A program made the position numbers and the translations under genes. Shown piece by piece: positions 23,740 to 34,599 of a DNA stretch of 64,000 bases (positions are counted from its first letter, which is position 1; each line of letters begins with the position of its first letter). The stretch is from Octopus bimaculoides (Eukaryota). The notes beneath the pieces were generated by a model that saw only the letters and a program-made list of their open reading frames with translations, did not search any database and was not told where the DNA came from. The stretch is from NCBI RefSeq assembly GCF_001194135.2, contig NC_068981.1, forward strand, positions 43,310,224 through 43,374,223, written 5' to 3'.

Positions 23740-25600
23740 GTATCATAGTAAACTGCTACAGAAGCAAAGATGTAGAGAAGCAATTATTGTTGAATCAAAC
23801 TAGATTTATTTATGGAAGTCATGGAATGAGTACAATTGATCCCTGATAGAGTGCACCTAGATGTGATACAGTTTGACTTTGTACCCAGAAATGACACCAC
23901 AGATGTGGTCTTCCTATTGAAGTAACAGCAAGAGAAATACTTGGCTTTTGATTTGAAGAAGGCATTTGACAGGGTAACACATTCAGTAATTTGGTGGGCA
24001 TCGAGGAAACTACTTGTAGATTAATGGCTTATAATGGCCGTACATGCTATGTACAGTAAACAATAATTTCAGTGATAAATCCAACAAGAAAGTAGGAGTT
24101 CATAATGATTCAGTCATTAGTCCTCTCCTATTTATCATAGTTCTGCTGGTCATTGCAGAAGAGATTAAGATTTGATATCTTTAGAAATTCCTATATGCTG
24201 ATGAGCAGGGCCATCGCTAAGCCCCTGCAACCCATGCAGTTGCAGGGGGCCTCTGCAGTTGAGGTGCCCCATGTTAAAATCAAAGTACATAGATGAGTCA
24301 CCTATTTACTTTGGTTAAGATGTTGAATAAGTATTAAACTATCTATGTTAACTGAAAATGTCAAGAAATAAAATGGTAATACATCGTACCTGCAAACGTT
24401 CTTGTAAGATATTACATTGTACCACAACCGTGTATCAGACTTTGTGGGTTGTCTATGGTATCTATTGAACACAAACTTAGCTCTCTGCTTGATTATTCTA
24501 AACTGATTGATGATTTCCTGAAGCAAAAAGTGCACCGTGTTTGTCTTTGAAAGTTGCCTGGATTATAAAAGTGCTATTTTATTCCTATCTAGAAGTTTTA
24601 CTTATTGAAGTTTGTAACAGACCTAAATAAATTTTACTTGTTGTACTTTTAAAGATGTTTTTTTTAGCATAATGTGAAATATTGGACTTGAGATAGAATA
24701 AAGTAAAATATAGCAATGAATAAAAGGGATGCAGATTATGAATTTTGATTGAAGGGATGGGGCCTTGAAACAAAAAGTTGCAAGGGGGCGCCCTAAATGT
24801 CACGTGACAGAGCTGCTGACGAGTTATCTCAGTTAAATCTATTAGGAATTAGAGAGGAAATTCCAGACATGGAGACTAAGTTTAGAATACAGGTGTTTTA
24901 AGGCAAATCAAGTGAAAGCAAAATTTTAGTAAGAAAGAAGACAAGACTACGTTATTATCAAAGAAATGGCCTTGTTCTATATGCAGGAAACAAGTGAGTA
25001 CAAATTCATTATACCATACCTAATATAAGCTATGGACACACAAAAGATGTAGTAGAATCACAAGCAGTCTAGCAGATAATGTAAACTTCATTTGCACTAG
25101 ATGCACTGGAACAGTATGTACTCAAAACACACAAGTAATAGAAATAGTCTGTCTTTAATGTCTGGACATCTCACTAGAAGTAGTTAATAATTATTGTTAC
25201 TTTGGAGATGTAATTAGCAAGGGAGGTGTTGGCACTGGAAGCATAGTAACCAGAATAAGGAAGAATTGGAGAAAGTTCTGGGAACAACTACAGCTACTGG
25301 CAGAGTGAAGAGCAGATTGTATGGCACTTCTTGTGTTGGAACAGCAATGCTGTATGATTGTGAGACATGGGCTTTGAACAAAGGATTTGAGAAAATTGGA
25401 AAGAAATGAAATGAAGCAAGCGTTTTGCAAAGTAAGTATGCATGAATAATGTAGTACAAATGAGAGAAATACTGAGAATAAGAATTATCAGATATAGTGT
25501 GCAAGAAAGAAATTGCACTGATATGGACACGTGATATTTATAAATAAGGACATCTGCATAAAGAACTGATGGTGATCACTTAATGTGGATGAAGCTTTCA
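23740..25600 (+). mobile_element. RTE-clade LINE relic (RT domain to ORF end), interrupted by a hAT-type insertion
   Basis: QFDFVPRNDTTDVVF, FDLKKAFDRV, SVISPLLFIIV, YAD(E)|, ELERKFQTW, LEVVNNYCYFGDVISKGG, MLYDCETWAL. Confidence 0.85.
24206..24815. mobile_element. Non-autonomous hAT-type DNA transposon, 610 bp
   Basis: Starts CAGGGCCATCGC, ends GTGACAGAGCTG (degenerate TIR); 8-bp TSD CTGATGAG (24198-24205) / CTGACGAG (24816-24823). Confidence 0.8.
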
Positions 25601-25605
25601 GAATA

Positions 25606-25770
<165 letters not shown>

Positions 25771-26273
25771 AAGGGAGGAAGGTGTGAAAGCTTACATCAG
25801 GGTCTTCGACCTTACAAATATACTGGAAGACCAAAATGAATAGTGATATGTGGGTCTTGAGAAGACCTACTTCTCGTGACAAACCACACTCTTGAAGCAC
25901 TGAGAGTGCAGACACACACACACACACACACACATACACAACTGTATCCTTTGCCCAATCCCCCCCCTCAATATACCCCTACCATCCTAACTGTAACTTT
26001 TCCTTGACACCATTTACTTTCCTTACTATTCAGAGTTATTTCACTTGTTACTCACCCTTCATACATTAACACACTTCTCCTCTCTACCCACACTTTCATT
26101 GATTCCTTTCCCGCCGCCCAACTGAGCCACCAAATTATCATGATTATACCTGCATTATACCTGTCACAATGCATTATATCTGCCACTCTCTTTCCCACCC
26201 ATGCAATTTACCCAATATCATGTCATCTCTCTCTCTTGTCCTTCTTCTGTCTATATAACATCATTACTATTCT

Positions 26274-26873
26274 GGGATCTATTTTAAAACGGGGGCCACA
26301 TTTTTCATTAATGTTTTACGTAGTGTTTTTGGTACGGAAAGACTTTCAAACTTCGTATACTTATCTATTTTGTGTTATAGAACAGAAAAATATTTTTGTA
26401 TTCGAATTTATTTCATGTAAAAAATTGTCTTATTTCGATAATTTCAACCAATCACTGACAAGTATTCAGTTGTTTACATTTACTCCTTTGGCTGATTAAG
26501 TGATGTAAAGCGTATTTAATCTCCATACCTTCGTTTTATTTGCTTTTTTCATTTTAAATTTGCTTTAACCCTAACCCTAACCCTAACCCTAACCCTAACC
26601 CTAACCCTAGGGTTAGGGTTAGGGTTAGGGTTAATTGTTTCAGAATCGTTTGTTTATGTAGTCGGCACTTAATGTATATCAGCTGAATGGATGTCAGTGA
26701 TTGGTTGAAATTGCAGAAATACGACAACTTAAACATGGAATAACTTATGGATTTCTTTTTTTTTTAAGAAGAGTAAGAGAAAAAAATGTTTTATATGACA
26801 CATTCTACCAGTGTTCCAAGTTTCAAAGTGTTTCATTAATGAAAAATGTGGCCCCTGTTTTAAAAAAGATCCC
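26274..26873. mobile_element. 600-bp foldback MITE with ~40-bp TIRs
   Basis: Left GGGATCTATTTTAAAACGGGGGCCACATTTTTCATTAATG vs right-end reverse complement GGGATCTTTTTTAAAACAGGGGCCACATTTTTCATTAATG; inner inverted repeat AATTTCAACCAATCACTGACA. Confidence 0.85.
26566..26633. repeat. Head-to-head telomeric-type repeat (TAACCC)7-TA-(GGGTTA)4
   Basis: Direct reading; palindromic centre CCCTAGGG. Confidence 0.95.
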
Positions 26874-27004
26874 TATTGTGTTACCCAACACTGTCAGTCA
26901 TCTCCTATATGAAGTTATATTCTGGGAGTGCATTGTGTCCTTCAACAAAACTCTTTATTTCACATTGCTCCAATTGACTCAGCTGACAAATAGGTGTAGT
27001 ACCC

Positions 27005-27182
27005 ATATTTCAAAGGGCCAGCATTGTCCCATTCTGTGTCAGACTAAATCTCCCTGAGAACTTTGTTAAGGGTACACGTGTCTGTTCAGTGCTCAGCCAC
27101 TTGCATGTTAATTTCACAAGAAGGCTGCTTCATTGATTGGCTCAACTGGAATTCCCATGATTGTAACTGATGAAGTGCCAAT
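27005..27182 (+). mobile_element. SINE family B, 3' half
   Basis: GAGAACTTTGTTAAGGGTACACGTGTCTGT..GCTCAGCCACTTGCA.GTTAATTTCAC matches 22480-22540. Confidence 0.85.
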
Positions 27183-27294
27183 TATCTCCTACACTCACCA
27201 CATACTCTCATGCAGCCTCCACTCACCAGTCTCCTGGTACCTCTGCCCCACCTCTCATTTCTACCCACCTTGTACACTGAAGGTTCTCTCTAAC

Positions 27295-27602
27295 AGTTGT
27301 TGTTTGTTCCTTCTTGAGCCGTGCCTAGCTCATTAGGGTTGGTTTCCCAGTTTCATTGGCATATAGGTTCCCCACCTGGATGGGACGCTGGTCCATCACA
27401 GGTGAGCTGCTAGATGCAGGAGGTAAGAGTAAGAGAAATTTGTGGCAAAAGAGTCAGCAGAAGTTCACCATTACCTTCTGCCAGAACCGCATGGAGCTTA
27501 GGTATTTTGCTCATAAACACACACGTTGCCCTGTCTGAGATTCAAACCTGCAATCCCTCGACTGCAAGTCCGCTGCTCTAACCACTAGGCCATGTGCCTC
27601 CA
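27295..27602 (-). mobile_element. tRNA-derived SINE (family E): family-B-like head with a different, V-SINE-like 3' part
   Basis: Minus strand head GGCACATGGCCTAGTGGTTAGAGCAGCGGAC..GGTTTGAATCTCAGAC; 3' CCTGTGATGGACCAGCGTCCCATCCAGG. Confidence 0.8.
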
Positions 27603-27744
27603 CCCTCCCTAACAGTGCATCACCAATATTTCTATTGCTTTCCAGCTCCAACTGATCACTACCATCCTTTCTAGTCATAAACCTGTTATGCTCCGGCCCT
27701 TTCTCTTGTGCTTTATTTCCTCATCTTTAAGCATGTAACTGTCC

Positions 27745-28600
27745 ACTTAGGGTTCATAATACTGGTTTCAATTTTTGGCACAAGGCCAGCAATTTCGAGG
27801 CAGAACGTAAATCAATTACATTGACCCCATTACTCAACTGATGAAAGGCAAAGCCAACCTTGGCAGAATTTGAACTCAGAATGTGAAATTGGATGAAATG
27901 CTGCTAAGTATTTTGCCCAGTATGTTAATGATTCTGCCAGTTCACCACCTTAAACTTGGGGTTCATAATATTCTTTTCTACTCTAGGCAGAAGGCTTGAC
28001 ATTTTGGGGGAATGAAAGGCAAAGTTAACATCGGTGGAATTTGAACTCAGAATGTAAAGACAAACAAAATACTGCTAAGCATTTTGTCTGACAGGCAAAC
28101 GTTTCTGCCAGCTCGTTACCTCCTGGATAAGATATATTCCTTTCTACTCAAGGTTCAAGGCCTAAGATATTTGGGGAGTGGGGGGGCCAGTCAATTACAT
28201 CGACTGCAATATGCAACTGGTACTTAATTTATTGACCCCGAAAGATGAAAGGCCAAGTTGACATCGGCAGAATTTGAACTCAGAATGTGAAAATAGATGA
28301 AATGCCACTAAGCATTTTGCCCAGTATGTTAATAATTCTGCCAGATCATCACCTTAAACTTGGGATCCATAATATTGATTTCAAATTTTGGCACAAGGCC
28401 AGCAATTTTGAGGGAGGGGTAAATTGATCATATCAACCTCAGTACTCAGTTTGTACTTATTTTATCAATAGGCTGAAAGGCGAAGCTGACCTTAGTGGAA
28501 TTTGAACTCAGAATGTGAAAATGGACAAAATGTCATTGAGCATTTTATTCAGCATGCTAATGATTTAGTTAGTTTGCCACTTGAAACTTGGGGTTTATAA
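27745..28600 (-). mobile_element. Cluster of four family C SINEs, all minus orientation
   Basis: Four occurrences of ATGAAAGGC...GAATTTGAACTCAGAATGT; copies at ~27763-27952, 27971-28120, 28137-28352, 28373-28582. Confidence 0.85.
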
Positions 28601-28637
28601 TATTGCAAGGTGTATAATGATGATCTCGTTAATATTG

Positions 28638-28806
28638 ATGGCACAAAAGTATCACTCAGTAAACGCTGTAAAGTGGTTGGTGATAGAAAGGCCACCCAAC
28701 CATAGAAATCTGGAGCATGAGTCACTCCTTGAGCCAATAAGAACCAGACAAACCGCCCATCTCATTACAGTATAGAATATGGACATTAAATGGTAATAAT
28801 GAAGAA
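28638..28806 (+). mobile_element. Old degenerate RTE tail copy
   Basis: GTAAAGTGGTTGG..AGAAAGGCCACCCAACCATAGAAA..GGACATTAAATG. Confidence 0.6.
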
Positions 28807-29368
28807 ATGAGTGTGTGTTTAGTTATGTATGTATGCATGTATGTGTGTGGGTATGTATGTATAAGGAGAGAGAGAGAAAGAGAGATAAATAGTAGATAGG
28901 TACATACACACACACGTATATACACACACACATATATACACACACATATATACATATACATATATGTATGGTACGTATGTGGTTGTGTGTATGTGTGTGT
29001 GTACATATTTATACACATGCATATATACATATACAAATATACAACTATACATACACACACGTTGTTTCTGATTGTTTCTCAGCATAATTTCCTTTCTAAC
29101 TCAATATATATGCTAATTCTTATAGAATAAAACTTGGTTAAACAAATGCATTTCTACACATTTGATATCTCATAAAACTTAAAATCATTTCCTACCACCA
29201 ATAGAACTACTTTGAGATTGCAAAAAAATATTAATAATAATACTTCAATTCCATTGTGCATTCTGAATTCAATTTTGAATAACAATTAGCTACAATTTCA
29301 ACGCATAATAAGTATTCCAATGAGTGCTTCATTTGTCTAATTCATATTTTATATATATATATATATAT

Positions 29369-29517
29369 NNNNNNNNNNNNNNNNNNNNNNNNNNNNNNNN
29401 NNNNNNNNNNNNNNNNNNNNNNNNNNNNNNNNNNNNNNNNNNNNNNNNNNNNNNNNNNNNNNNNNNNNNNNNNNNNNNNNNNNNNNNNNNNNNNNNNNNN
29501 NNNNNNNNNNNNNNNNN
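29369..29517. other. Assembly gap
   Basis: N run within (TA)n. Confidence 1.
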
Positions 29518-29831
29518 ATATATGTATCTTATTTTTATATATATATATCTTGTATTTTCATATTTATCTAATATTTCATTCAATAAATTTTCTTTGCAAA
29601 GTCAATTTCATATACTGTTGCCATTGGTCTAAAATATAACATACCAATTTAAAAGTATTGGTTTATAATATTATAGCCACTTACTTAAAAATTTACTTAT
29701 AAATTTATCATTTTCTCCAGTCATGTCTTTACTCTGACACACATATCTGAAGGTCAGAAATATCTGGTTTAACTAGAAGAAAAATTAGGGTAAATATGAA
29801 CAGGATGTAAGTTTCTTTTTGTCATGTGAAA

Positions 29832-30022
29832 TGTTGTGATCTGGCAGAATTATAAGAGTATTGAGAAAATATACTTTGCAGTATTTATTCTGAGTTCAAA
29901 TCCCTCGGGGGCAACTTTGTCTTTCATCCTTCTGGATTTGATAAAATAAAGTACAATGTTAGGGTCAATGGCATTGACTACAATCTTTTTACAATCCTTG
30001 AACCTAAATCAGGAACCATTAT
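29832..30022 (+). mobile_element. Degenerate family C SINE
   Basis: GATCTGGCAGAA..TTCTGAGTTCAAATCC..TTTGTCTTTCATCCTT..GATAAAATAAAGTAC. Confidence 0.65.
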
Positions 30023-31590
30023 TTAGTCAATGAAAGACAGTGAAGTGGTAAAGTAATGAACAAACATTTCTTGCATTGCTTAGATATGCCACATACTATT
30101 TCAAGTTCAAATCTCACAAAAGTTAACTTTACATTTTATTCTCATGGGATGAATAAAACAAAGTACGAATCAAGTACTAGGCTAAATTAAATTGACTATA
30201 GATGAGAATCCTTTGCAGGCGTTTCTAGATTGGTTCAATGAATTCGATACTGAATTTGAACTTATCTAAGTCAATGCTTGCAGAGAAGGTTTTGGCAGTG
30301 AGTTTCAGAAAACTGCAGTTTTGGGAGGGAAGTGTTTAGTATGCATAACATTCCAAATATAAATAAACTGGTGATAGTCCAATTCAGCATCAAGTTATCA
30401 ACAGAAAAAATTGATGGGTTCAGTTTCCATAAGAAGAGTAGAATTTAACACTTCATGCATGTTTCTTCCTCTGAGAGTCACTGAAAATAGAATGATGTGG
30501 GGTTGTCAGTAGCATAGAGTTTAGGAAATAAAGCAAATATCAGAGAAGTAAATAAGTGAATGACTCAAGTAAATTTAGATGGGAGTGTTTAGCAAATTTT
30601 CTGGTGCTGTACTGCTTTTGGCATGAAATCACTCTCATCATAATGTATTGAAGCTGCTCTGCATATGGTTAGCCAATTTTAAAGGAAAAGTTTTTTTTCT
30701 CTTTCTGATGCTTATATTAACTGCTAAGTGCCTTAGAAAATGACAATATAGAAATGTTATAGAACTTTACCGTAAAGAAAGATCACCAGTTAACACATGA
30801 TATACTTGTTATCATTTTCCATACCAAACATGACAATGGTGTATTGGTAACTCACATAGCAATACTAAATGACTATATTGTTGTGGAGAAGAAAGCCTAT
30901 AAAGCTAAGAAATTACACTGGCTTAGCTGTTGAATGCAAAATATTATGGCAGTTGAGGAATGCGTCCATCATCCCATTTATAATTGTTATAACTGGAATG
31001 ATACACAATCAGATCAGTAAAGACATTGATGAATGACTTTAGGCATAGGAATATTTAAAAAAAATAGCTACACTAAGATCTAAAAATATGTTTGGATATT
31101 ATTACATAGCATTTGTTAACCATTAAGATCAGATTTGATTTCCGTGTAGGACATCTTGGGTAGGTGCCATTTTTGATAGCTTTAGGTCAACCTGTACCAC
31201 ATGAGTGAAAGTCAAAAGAAAGTGGTGCCAAGGAAAGGAAAAGATAACTAGTTACACAAAAAGAGAGATGAAATATATAGCTCTGCTTTGAATATAATTA
31301 CAGCAGAAGAATAGAGCTGCTGTTAGAAGAATAATGGAGGGATGGGTGATAGGAAGATGAGAAAGTGGGGAAGGCTTGACTAGGACAAATTGCATATGGG
31401 GTCCAGTTGTGTGTAATAGACATGAATAATGCTTTAAGGCCTCAGATTTGTAATGATGGATTGGTTTTCTAAAAGCACTCTGAATGACTAATCCTCTCCA
31501 TACTTATACATCTCTTTCATGAGCTCTTCACTGCCTCACCCTAGAGAAATGTGGATGTTTGCAGAATACAAGAGGTATGATGACAAGGAG

Positions 31591-32830
31591 CCTCAGCAAC
31601 ACTTTTCGTCTTCGTGTGTGCTCTTGATCTGCTTATTCCATTCTGTCCTTCTATGATGTGTATCCTTATATGTGCATGCATCTGTGTTTGTGTCATTGTT
31701 CTTAGTAGCACTATCCAGCCCCATCCTCTGCTCCATTACCACTGCTGCTGCTCTTGAACCCGACTTTTTGTACCACTCTTGTAACTCTCTATGTTTGTGT
31801 GCTCACCCATACTGCTGCCATCGTGATAGCTGTTGTTCTTCTCGCCATTGTTGTTAGTTGTGTTGTTGATATTGTTGCAGTTGTCTGTGAAGTTACTATA
31901 TGTGTATTTGTGTGTGTATATGGGTCCGCTTCCTATGTTGTTTGTATCTGTGCCCTTCATACAGTGCTTTTTTTTATGTTCCTAATAATTTTTTATATTT
32001 GTCATAGGCATGTGCATATATGTCTATTGTATTTGTTTGTATCTGGCTTCTCTTTTTCTTCTTTCAGTCTTTAGTCATCATGTTGTGTGGTGATGGGTGT
32101 TATTATTCCATTCATGTTTCCTGTTGAGGCTCGGCCTGTCTGTTGCTATGTGCCTCTGTGATCTAAGTGTTGTGTCAATTCTATGTGTTGATAATACTTT
32201 GACCGCTATGATATTGACTGAGTCTCTATGTTCTACTTGAGCATCTTGGTAGAGCATTGTTGAGCTTTTCTCTTCTTTGAGCTCTTGCCAGTGTTCACCT
32301 ATACACTCTCCTACGCAACATGCTGTCTCTGCAATGTCAGTAGTTGTCATGCTTTTGCACCATCCCTCAGTACATTGTAAGCTATACACTATATTCCTAA
32401 TCTTACAGTTAACCTGTGGGTTCATCCTAGGACAATACAATTGTTCTCTGTACATGAGGACCTATCAAAGAGATAAGTTCTACAGATTAAGAATTTTATA
32501 AGGGCATCAGGCCTTTCTACTACTTTAATCTGTAGATTGGCCTTATCTAATGTTTTTCTAAAAGGGTATGCTAGTTTAACACCAGGGATACCATCAACGA
32601 ACATGACACTCTGATATTTTTTGTTGTCATACCATGAGTTGGCCTTGTCTATTTTTTTCTGGCAATGGAGTAGGGGATGGGGCTGAGGGGAGGGTCATAG
32701 TCCTACTAGGGAAAATGACACACACACACACACATACAGATGCATGCACATATAAGGATACATATCATAGAAGAACAGAATGGAGTAAGCAGAGCAAAAG
32801 CACACATGAAGACAGAAAGTGTTTCTGAGG
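31591..32830 (-). mobile_element. Penelope-like element relic with GIY-YIG endonuclease fragment and inverted terminal segments
   Basis: ORFs 32078-32455 and 32422-32604 (NCKIRNIVYSLQC..AETACCVGECIGEHWQELK..RPSLNRKHEW); ~150-bp inverted repeat 31591-31740 vs 32662-32830. Confidence 0.8.
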
Positions 32831-32983
32831 AGATCACAGATGTGTGAGGAAAGATTTCCGGACAATGGACATGAGTTAGAATAAGAACAACAATAAACAA
32901 GTGAGGAACAAATATATAGTGTTTGTATTTATTTGGCAAAAACAAAAAAATCGCCCATTCTGAAATACAACAATATCTATTTC

Positions 32984-33218
32984 TTATTTCTTTATTGCCC
33001 ACAAGGGGCTAAACATAGAGGGAACAAACAAGAACAGACAAAGGGATTAAGTCGATTGCATCGACCCCAGTGCGTAACTGGTACTTAATTTATCGACCCA
33101 GAAAGGATGAAAGGCAAAGTCAACCTCGGCGGAATTTGAACTCAGAATGTCACAACAGACGAAATACCGCTAAGCATTCCGCCCGGTGTGCTAACGTTTC
33201 TGCCAGCTCACCGCCTTG
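32984..33218 (-). mobile_element. Young family C SINE with perfect 17-bp TSD
   Basis: ACAACAATATCTATTTC at 32967-32983 and 33219-33235; CpGs largely retained. Confidence 0.95.
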
Positions 33219-33299
33219 ACAACAATATCTATTTCAATACACGACCTCACATCAGGAATCTTGCAATGCAAATAAACGTAACATAAAAATAAATTTCCT

Positions 33300-34440
33300 G
33301 GATAGGGAGTAGTGATAGAGTAGGTGGTATCAGTATAGAGAAGTGGGTAGATAAGGTGACTTAGGTAGTCAGACAATGATCATACTGGGCAACATGCCAA
33401 TGAATTTTATGGTGTGCATGGAGGTTTTGGTTTTGGCACTAGAAATGAGGAGAGAGCAAGGCTCCTGGAGTTCTGTGATGCAAATATCTTACTGGTCTGC
33501 AATGCTAACTTCAGGAAACCAGCCAGCCATCTAATCACTTATCTGTTTGATGGGCATTCAAGTCAGATTGATTTCATTCTCACCAGAAACAGGGATAGAA
33601 AAATGGTTACAAAGACAAAATTCTTTCTCAGTGAGGAAAATGCAACTTAACATAAGTTAGTGGTTAGTGACTTTGAACTTAAGGCTAGATGGACACAGTG
33701 ACACAAACCAGTCTGGAAAAGCAAGTTATGGAAACTGAAAGATCCATCAAATAATCAGAGGTTTAGAGACATTCTGATTAAGGCATTTGAAGAGAAAGAG
33801 GAGGAGGTTGTGATGTATAATGCAGAGGACAACTGGAAGTTTCTTACTGGTAAACCTTCCAAAGGCTGCAGACCATGTCTGTGGCTGAGACCTAGTCTCT
33901 GCCAGATGGAGAGTGATTTGATGGTGGAATAGCAAAGTAGATGGGCCATAAAAGGGAAGAGGCAGGCTTGGTAAGATTGGAGTATTGGAGGCAGCAGAGA
34001 GCTATATCAGGTAAGAAGGGGTTTGTCAATGTCATACATCAGAAAGATCAGAGACTTGAAGTGTTCCAGATTGCTAGACAGTGTGTCAGAGAGCATCAAG
34101 ATATTGTGGGAGAGAAGTCTGTGCAAATGGATAGTGGTATGCTTGTACTCAGTGACTCCAAAAAAAAAAGAGGCATGGAAATGCTCTTATAAAATGTGAG
34201 ATGGAATGTTCCCTGTGTGAACCCAATAGAGGGACTGGCTATTTGTGTTGACAGCTGTATAATAGAGATGGCAATTAAGAATATGAAGACAGAGGAGGCC
34301 CTTAGTCCATTGAGAGTAACTACTGAGATGCTTTAAATATCAAGCAGAGTAGGATATGGTTTAGTCACCTGTTTAGCTAATCAGGTTATTCAGGAAAGTG
34401 TCATCTCTATTAACTGGTATAACAGCATTATAATCTGTAT
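33300..34440 (+). mobile_element. RTE-clade LINE relic: APE endonuclease and linker region
   Basis: EKWVDKV, HGGFGFGTRNEERARLLEFCDAN, NANFRKPASHLITY, SQIDFIL, HKLVVSDF, KLWKLKDP. Confidence 0.9.
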
Positions 34441-34441
34441 C

Positions 34442-34549
34442 AGGACAATTACCCCTCTAGGACAATTACCCACCTTGGTTAATTACCTGCTCGCCAATAT
34501 ATTAAGAAGTTTTAAATCATCATCTGTTGTCCTCAGGGGTAATTGTCCT
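34442..34549. repeat. 108-bp segment with perfect 15-bp terminal inverted repeats
   Basis: AGGACAATTACCCCT (34442-34456) / AGGGGTAATTGTCCT (34535-34549); extra direct copy at 34459. Confidence 0.8.
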
Positions 34550-34599
34550 ATTCACGGGGGTGGGGCTTAATGTTCTAGACTCTTATAAATCAGCTGTTA

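Noticed and set aside
26566-26633. True telomere or chromosome-fusion site
   Set aside because: Only 11 repeats, embedded within a TIR-bounded element; kept as a MITE finding instead.
27745-28600. CRISPR-like repeat/spacer array
   Set aside because: Eukaryotic context, the 'spacers' are homologous SINE copies, and there are no cas genes.
31543-31574. Exon-like LPHPREMWMFAEYKR with GTATGA donor
   Set aside because: The acceptor is uncertain, it does not join the candidate chain convincingly, and it abuts a PLE terminus.
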